Source of the DNA: Chloroflexota bacterium
GTDB lineage: Bacteria; Chloroflexota; Anaerolineae; UBA2200; JACIWT01
Assembly (NCBI GenBank): GCA_014360825.1
Contig: JACIWT010000005.1
Span: 16,248 to 80,247 of the forward strand
Direction of reading: 5' to 3'
DNA: 64,000 nt
Below, in pieces: positions 58,532 to 64,000 of this stretch; the first letter of the stretch is position 1, and every line of letters starts with the position of its first letter. The notes beneath the pieces are model-generated. The model was not told the DNA's origin, did no database searches, and saw only the letters and a list, made by a program, of their open reading frames with translations. The position numbers and the translations under genes were made by a program.

Positions 58532-59704
58532 CTATTCGCCGTCCTCCGGTGTCTGGAGCAGCGAGGCGCGAGTGATGGCGTCCTCGCCGTATTTGCGGCG
58601 GATCTCGTCCACCGCCCGGCTCAGCCGGTCCAGGCGGCTTTCCGATGTCTCGAACAGGCTCAGTTGCCGCATCTTCGTCTCCAGGTTGCTGGTAGCGACG
58701 CCGAGGAGACGTACTTTCGTGCCCTGCTGCCAGACTTTCTCTAACAGGGCACGTGCCTGCTCGTAGATGGTGTCGCCCAGGTTAGTTGGCTGGGACAGCG
58801 TGGTACTGCGGGTGATGGTAGTGAAGTCCGGATAGCGCAACTTGAGGGTGATAGTTCGGGCGCGCAACTTGTCGGCGCGGAGGCGGGCCGCTATCTTATC
58901 GCTGAGGGCCAACAGGGTGCGCCGCAACTCGTCGGGATCGCCGACATCGCGGGCGAAGGTGTACTCGTGGCTGACAGACTTGGGTTCGTGAGTTGTCTCC
59001 ACTGGCCGGGGGTCAATACCTTGCGCCCGGAGACGGATGTCACGCCCGTGTTCGCCAAACAGGGCCTTCAGTTGTTCATCCGGTAGTGCTGCCAATTGGC
59101 CGATGGTCTCAATGCCCTGTTCCCTCAGGCGACGACTCATCACCTGGCCCAGGCCCCAGAGCATCTCAATCGGCAGAGGGGCGAGAAATGCCGCCTCTTG
59201 GCCGGGCGGTACTACTACCAATCCACCCGGTTTCCGCAGACCTGAGGCGATCTTGGCCACGAGTTTATTGCTCGCTACGCCTACCGATGCGGAGAGCCCC
59301 AGTTCTCGCTGAATGCGCTCTTGGATGGTGCGCGCCAGGGCTTCTGGTGGACCCCAGCGCAGTTCTGTCCCCGTTAAATCCAAGAATGCCTCATCAATGG
59401 AGATGGGTTCCACCAGGGGTGTGTATTCGCGCAGGATTCTCATTACCCGGCGTGAATAGTGGCTGTACTCTGACCGGTGTCCAGGGAGGAGGATAGCCTG
59501 AGGACAGAGGCGCAGTGCCTGAGAGGTGGGCATTGCCGAGCGCACCCCATAGGCTCGCGCCGCATACGATGCCGAGGAAACGACCCCGCGGGCCTTTGGG
59601 CTGCCGCCGACAATAATGGGCTTGCCCGCGATGCTGGGGTCGAGCAGTTCTTCCACCGAGGCGAAGAACGCATCCAAATCCAAGTGAATGATCGTCCGTT
59701 GCAC
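58532..59704 (-). CDS. dinB: DNA polymerase IV (Y-family)
   Basis: IIHLDLDAFFASVE (catalytic Asp residues) followed by little-finger and HhH regions. A GTG start follows an AGGGTGG RBS. The ORF extends to 59773. Confidence 0.85.
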   Translation of the reverse strand: MQRTIIHLDLDAFFASVEELLDPSIAGKPIIVGGSPKARGVVSSASYAARAYGVRSAMPTSQALRLCPQAILLPGHRSEYSHYSRRVMRILREYTPLVEPISIDEAFLDLTGTELRWGPPEALARTIQERIQRELGLSASVGVASNKLVAKIASGLRKPGGLVVVPPGQEAAFLAPLPIEMLWGLGQVMSRRLREQGIETIGQLAALPDEQLKALFGEHGRDIRLRAQGIDPRPVETTHEPKSVSHEYTFARDVGDPDELRRTLLALSDKIAARLRADKLRARTITLKLRYPDFTTITRSTTLSQPTNLGDTIYEQARALLEKVWQQGTKVRLLGVATSNLETKMRQLSLFETSESRLDRLSRAVDEIRRKYGEDAITRASLLQTPEDGE

Positions 59705-59733
59705 TTGCACCACCCTGTCCGAAATGGTAGAAT
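59705..59733 (+). promoter_or_regulatory. promoter TTGCAC-17-TAGAAT for dgt
   Basis: Read directly. Confidence 0.4.
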
Positions 59734-59775
59734 AGAACTGAACCTGAGTCAAGCCGGCAGGAGGACGAAACAATT

Positions 59776-60957
59776 ATGTATGTGGACCGACGGATGCTCG
59801 AAGAGGAAGAAGAGCGGCGGTTAGCACCCTACGCGGTGAAGAGCAGGGAATCGCGGGGGCGGGAGTACCCCGAAAGCGAACACGATTACCGCACCGCTTT
59901 TCAACGCGACCGCGACCGCATCATTCATACCACCGCTTTCCGACGTCTGCGCAACAAAACCCAGGTGTTCATCCCGCTCCTGGCAATGGGTGATCCCATC
60001 CACTACGAAGGGGACTACTACCGCACTCGTCTCAGCCATACTTTGGAGGCAGCCCAGATCGGGCGCACCATGGCCCGGGCACTGGGGCTCAACGAGGACT
60101 TGGTGGAGACCATTGCCCTGGCCCACGACTTGGGCCACACCCCCTTCGGACACGCTGGTGAGGTGGCGCTTAATGAACTGATGGCAGATCAGGGCGGCTT
60201 CAACCACAATATGCAGAGCCTGCGCATCGTTACGGTGCTGGAGGAACGCTATCCGGATTTCCCTGGCCTGAACCTCACTTGGGAAGTGCGCGAGGGCATT
60301 GTCAAACACGTCACTGAGTACGACACGACCGACGCGGCTGGCTATGAGCCGGAACTTCACCCCACGCTGGAGGCGCAGTTGGTCAGCCTGGCCGATGAGA
60401 TCGCCTATAATACGCACGACTTGGACGATGGCCTGCGCTCTGGACTGATCACCCCGCAGCAACTGATGGGACTGTCTCTCTGGGAACGGGCGGTGCGAGC
60501 AACGGAAATTGATATGACCCACGGGCTCTCCGAGTTCGACCGCCGGCGCGTAGTCCGCTACCTGGTGAACGCAGAGGTAACCGACGTGATCCAAGCCACT
60601 GCGGCGCGATTAGACGCGCGGGGGATCCGATCGGTGGAAGATGTCCGGACCGCAGAGGCGATGCTGGCCGGGCATTCTGATGAGATGACCGCGGAGAACC
60701 GCGAACTGAAGGATTTCCTATTGCGGAATCTCTACCGCCACTACCGGGTGATGCGAATGCAGGTGAAGGGGCAGCGCATTGTAACCGACTTGTTCCGCGC
60801 CTATCAGAGGGAGCCGACGCAATTGCCGCCGGGCATCCAGGCGCGCCTCGGTACGGCGTCACTGGAGCAGGTCATCTGCGATTACATCGCCGGGATGACC
60901 GACCGCTTCGCTGTCGAGGAGTATCGCAGCCTGTTCGAGGCCGGCGCCCGGGCGTGA
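59776..60957 (+). CDS. dgt: dGTPase-family HD-domain triphosphohydrolase
   Basis: RTAFQRDRDRIIHTTAFRRLRNKTQVF and the HD motif IALAHDLGHTPFGH. Confidence 0.9.
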   Translation: MYVDRRMLEEEEERRLAPYAVKSRESRGREYPESEHDYRTAFQRDRDRIIHTTAFRRLRNKTQVFIPLLAMGDPIHYEGDYYRTRLSHTLEAAQIGRTMARALGLNEDLVETIALAHDLGHTPFGHAGEVALNELMADQGGFNHNMQSLRIVTVLEERYPDFPGLNLTWEVREGIVKHVTEYDTTDAAGYEPELHPTLEAQLVSLADEIAYNTHDLDDGLRSGLITPQQLMGLSLWERAVRATEIDMTHGLSEFDRRRVVRYLVNAEVTDVIQATAARLDARGIRSVEDVRTAEAMLAGHSDEMTAENRELKDFLLRNLYRHYRVMRMQVKGQRIVTDLFRAYQREPTQLPPGIQARLGTASLEQVICDYIAGMTDRFAVEEYRSLFEAGARA

Positions 60958-60991
60958 AGTAGTGGGAGACTTTAAGATAAATAAGGGAAAC

Positions 60992-61405
60992 TTATTTTGA
61001 AAACCAGCCCTCCCTTTGCATCACCTCTGCCACAATCCTGTTGCTTGGGCTATCTCCTCTGGCTACGAAAACACCCACATTCTGTCCGACCGCTTCGGCT
61101 AACTCCGCAATATCCTTGTGTGTAAATCCCGGGCAAAGGAGAATGGCGTGAACCCCTTCTTCTTTGACAAGATTTTGGCACACTTCGACCGCTTGAGCCT
61201 GATTTTGAACTACCCTCACAAAGAGTTTGTACTTGGGAGTCTCAATAAGGCCCTTGTGTTTCTCCGGCTCTGCGTCAGGAGCATGGGCAAGGAAGACCAC
61301 TTTGAATGCCGTATTGATCACCTCCTTGTGACAAAATTCGGCCTTGCTCGTGGGCTGCTCTGAGCAGAACTGAATTGCTTGCCCGCGAGAGGCCGATTTT
61401 CGCAT
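60992..61405 (-). CDS. DUF6506-like small protein (start uncertain)
   Basis: The core VVFLAHAPDAEPEKHKGLIETPKYKLFVRVV...AILLCPGFTH. A perfect internal SD (AAGGAGGTGATC) at about 61318-61329 suggests a shorter product of about 105 aa. Confidence 0.4.
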   Translation of the reverse strand: MRKSASRGQAIQFCSEQPTSKAEFCHKEVINTAFKVVFLAHAPDAEPEKHKGLIETPKYKLFVRVVQNQAQAVEVCQNLVKEEGVHAILLCPGFTHKDIAELAEAVGQNVGVFVARGDSPSNRIVAEVMQREGWFSK

Positions 61406-61478
61406 GTGCAACCGCCAATACCAGGGAGTCGCGTGTGTGGCATTATCGGTGGGCGCGTGTTTGGCAGGGCTCAATTCG

Positions 61479-61724
61479 TTACGCCTTGACTGCTCGCTTC
61501 TTACCCTCTGGAATCTTGGTCAACTGAAGTACCAGACGCAACGCTTCATTCACTGCTTGTTCGGTCGGAAACGCTTTTGCCACATCGGGGTCTAGTAACA
61601 CTAGATTCGTGCCAGCGTGATATCGCTCCGCGTATTTTCCTCGGACAGCACCTTTGAGTAGTTCTCGCAAATCATATTCCGAACGAAGTTCATCATCCAT
61701 TTCACTTTGAAGTTTCTTGTTCAT
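61479..61724 (-). CDS. brnA: BrnA-family antitoxin
   Basis: 81 aa, overlapping the end of brnT by 23 nt. Typical BrnA length and charge pattern. Confidence 0.65.
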   Translation of the reverse strand: MNKKLQSEMDDELRSEYDLRELLKGAVRGKYAERYHAGTNLVLLDPDVAKAFPTEQAVNEALRLVLQLTKIPEGKKRAVKA

Positions 61725-61983
61725 AGGCTTTCCTTTCGGCGCGTGTTAATTCACGCGCACTGATAATTCTAATGCGATCGCCGCGCTCTGCAAAAGCCAC
61801 TATTAAAAGTCGAAAGCGATACGACATACCAACAATGATGTATCGGTCTTCTTCGTCTGAATGGTCGGGATCAGAGACAGTCGCACTGAGCGGATCACCG
61901 AACACCGTCGCTGCCTCAGCGAAGGAAACCTTATGCTTGCGTAGGTTCTTTGCTGCTTTCTGTGGGTCCCATTCAAATTCCAT
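61702..61983 (-). CDS. brnT: BrnT-family toxin (DUF497 ribonuclease)
   Basis: MEFEWDPQKAAKNLRKHKVSFAEAATVFGDP...RIISARELTRAERKAYE is the canonical DUF497. Confidence 0.75.
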   Translation of the reverse strand: MEFEWDPQKAAKNLRKHKVSFAEAATVFGDPLSATVSDPDHSDEEDRYIIVGMSYRFRLLIVAFAERGDRIRIISARELTRAERKAYEQETSK

Positions 61984-62322
61984 ACGTGGTCAACCAGTGA
62001 TTCCCGAACTGTAGTGGAATGTCGCCTAACACTGGAACCTTGCGCCGTGCGAGGCATAGGCACAAAGCATGTGTATAGAGGCGCATCGCGTATTAATTCT
62101 TCTCAAAGTTCCTGAACCTGTGCCTCCCTGCTTCAACAACGACGAAGGCTCGCATCAGTTCGACTTCAGAATGTTCCTCCAGAACGTTTAGCAGTTGTTC
62201 ATCAGTGATCGCTTGCGCGCCAGCGCTCCAGTTGTCACATGTAGATTTCGGCAAACGCTGGAGCCTTGCGCCGAGCGTTAAGCATGGCCATAAGACATGT
62301 GTTTACGGTGGCACACTCTTCC

Positions 62323-62637
62323 TCAGGATTTTTTGCCTTGAGCCGCACGTTGCTCCAGCCATTGCTTTAGCGAACGCTGGCTCTCTCCCGACGGTTTTCC
62401 TAAAAGTAGATTTTCTACACTTATATCTTCGTCAAGATCAGGCCAATGAATGCCCTCTCCATCGCCAATCAGGCGCCAGTTATTGCGTTCCCTTGGTGTG
62501 CCATGTAAAAGTCGAGGATACCATGCCAAAGGCACTGAAACTGCGCGCCCGTCACTAAGGTCAACCATCAGAGCGTCTTCGGTCACAGTAACATGTCGCG
62601 CGGTGGCCAACCGTATTTCAATCGCTGAAGAATTCAT
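62323..62637 (-). CDS. DUF2442-family protein (partner of DUF4160)
   Basis: WYPRLLHGTPRERNNWRLIGDGEGIHWPDLDEDIS. Confidence 0.7.
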   Translation of the reverse strand: MNSSAIEIRLATARHVTVTEDALMVDLSDGRAVSVPLAWYPRLLHGTPRERNNWRLIGDGEGIHWPDLDEDISVENLLLGKPSGESQRSLKQWLEQRAAQGKKS

Positions 62638-62854
62638 CCCATCTCCCCAAGAAATATTCTCTATTTTCCTCTACAAGCCTTTGTATCTGGTTGATCTCAC
62701 TTTGGCTAAACCCTTTGCTATACTGAAGTCTAACGGGGTCAAGCCAAAATTTACCTTTGTTCCTTTCGCGCTCAACGTGGATGTGAGGCGGTTCATCTCG
62801 GTCGCCAGAATAAAAGAAGAATCGGTAAGGGCCAGAAATCAAGACAGTTGGCAT
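62618..62854 (-). CDS. DUF4160-family protein (TA-like pair with DUF2442)
   Basis: MPTVLISGPYRFFFYSGDRDEPPHIHVE. Confidence 0.7.
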   Translation of the reverse strand: MPTVLISGPYRFFFYSGDRDEPPHIHVERERNKGKFWLDPVRLQYSKGFSQSEINQIQRLVEENREYFLGRWDEFFSD

Positions 62855-63110
62855 GTTTCTCCGTTATTGTGCGGGGCGGCACATTTTCGTTGCGCTTCCC
62901 GCAACAATTGCGTCAGGAATCCAACTGGGAAGAGATTCTCCCGCGACCCGATATTCCTGGCTATAGCGGGTATCTACCCCGCCCCCAAGTAGATGGGTGG
63001 CTAAAGAGTTAACATAAAGTGTAGGAGGACGCCGACCCAGAAATAGTGACCCTTTCCCCCGGCGGCGGGATATTTCGGCTCCTCGTGGTCCCGAATTATC
63101 ACGTTGGGCG

Positions 63111-64000
63111 CTATGACTCCGCGCCTTCCTCTGCCCTGGTCACGGTGAGTTGCAGTTGGAGGCGATCGAAGACGCTGTTGGGCTCAGGGGTGCCCGTCCT
63201 GTATTCCATGTCGAGCACTTCTGCCTCCAGGCGCAGGGCCGGCGCTTCCAGGACGATGACCTTCCCCTTGCTCACGGGCACCATCTCGCCCCTGGTCCCC
63301 AGGCGAGCGCGGATGTTCTCATCGCGAAAGGCGTATTCGCTCACCAGGAACTTCTGCAGGGTGGTGCTCTCCTCGGGCTTTCTGCCGTGCTTGTCGAACA
63401 GGAGCATTTTGAATGCGGTCACATTGCGCGGGGTGCCCGTGCCGATGGTCTCGGCGATGGCAATGCCGCAGTCGCCCAGGAATTCGCCGTTCCACTCGAT
63501 GTCGAAGGAGTCATCGTAGTTGTCGTCACCGTACCGATAGAAGGCGACAAAGGTGCCGAGAGCCTCCCTTGCTCGAACGGGCATCTCCGCCCCCAGCGGC
63601 TCCAGTTCCTCTGCTTCCTCGATTTCCTCCATGGGCCGAACCGCGCGCATCCGTGTTCGACGCTCGCCTTCCCGTCGCTGCAGGATGGTGAACAGGATGG
63701 CCAGCCCCAACAGAATGAGGACCACCATCACCAATATACCCAGTGTCCTCCCCAGGCTGCCGGGTACTGGCCCCCCAGGTGTCGCCGTCGGTTGAGGTGC
63801 TGAGACCGCTGTTAGATTGAGGGCCCCGGACAATTTCTGAACTCGCGCCCCGGCCGCCGCGTTTCCGGCTACCAGATGGGCCTGCGCGAGTTGGTTCAGC
63901 AGCGCCAAAATCTCAGCATCGGTGCCCGTTGGACCCTTCAAGTCTGCGATGCGAGCCCGGGCGGCATCCAGGTCACCTGTTATATCGTACGAGTCTGCTA
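63111..64000 (-). CDS. hypothetical single-pass membrane protein (5' end extends beyond the window)
   Basis: The frame is open to the window edge (...DITGDLDAARARIADLKGPTG...). One TM helix (LGILVMVVLILLGLAILFTIL) and an acidic C-terminal domain. Confidence 0.5.
   Translation of the reverse strand, partial: ADSYDITGDLDAARARIADLKGPTGTDAEILALLNQLAQAHLVAGNAAAGARVQKLSGALNLTAVSAPQPTATPGGPVPGSLGRTLGILVMVVLILLGLAILFTILQRREGERRTRMRAVRPMEEIEEAEELEPLGAEMPVRAREALGTFVAFYRYGDDNYDDSFDIEWNGEFLGDCGIAIAETIGTGTPRNVTAFKMLLFDKHGRKPEESTTLQKFLVSEYAFRDENIRARLGTRGEMVPVSKGKVIVLEAPALRLEAEVLDMEYRTGTPEPNSVFDRLQLQLTVTRAEEGAES

Noticed and set aside
63046-63803. Plus-strand ORFs (157, 217 and 92 aa) in the last kilobase
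   Set aside because: They are antisense to the open minus-strand frame that runs to the window edge. Their composition is Arg/Pro-rich and artefactual.

Overview
This window is about 64 kb of a high-GC (roughly 60%) bacterial chromosome with tightly packed genes and many ATGA/TGATG start-stop overlaps. The Pro/Thr-rich linkers in secreted proteins, the YVTN and PQQ propeller proteins and the Lhr helicase suggest a Chloroflexota-like organism, but that is inference only. Content in order: truA (5' partial), rplM, rpsI, a UbiA-family prenyltransferase, tlyA, tRNA-Arg(TCG), a staphylococcal-nuclease-like lipoprotein, a GT-C membrane glycosyltransferase, and two convergent secreted proteins with PT linkers. 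The first of these (YVTN propeller) is frameshifted. Next come a flavodoxin-like gene and lhr (1572 aa) with a palindromic operator in its promoter. A low-GC island at about 20.2-23.5 kb holds a DUF4258/DUF2283 pair, RNase HI, a novel protein with an RNase-HIII-N-like domain and a HEPN-like Rx4H domain, a lipoprotein, an inverted-repeat-rich junction, an integron-integrase-like pseudogene and a macro-domain gene. Next is a MacAB-like operon (duplicated FtsX permease, HlyD adaptor) whose third gene is a 1442-aa fusion of ABC ATPase, DppB, DppC and M28 peptidase. A redox-stress cluster follows: DUF420, rubrerythrin-like, FAD oxidoreductase, DJ-1/PfpI fused to rubrerythrin, and Isf. Then a cbiM-(PDGLE/cbiN)-cbiQ-cbiO ECF operon with a consensus promoter and operator, a Lon-N protein, and a low-GC type II restriction-modification pair (beta-class MTase plus unknown partner). 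A chitobiose-type PTS locus carries duplicated IIB, IIC and GH4 genes, ChbG, IIA, an FGE-like gene and a GlmU-like gene. The window ends with an MBL hydrolase, GNAT, MbfA-like VIT, proS, a GloB-like gene, dinB, dgt, a BrnT/BrnA pair, a DUF4160/DUF2442 pair and a 5'-partial membrane protein. No rRNA or CRISPR array was found. Because I read coordinates by hand, motif positions may be off by 1-2 nt. CDS ends are anchored to the supplied ORF track.
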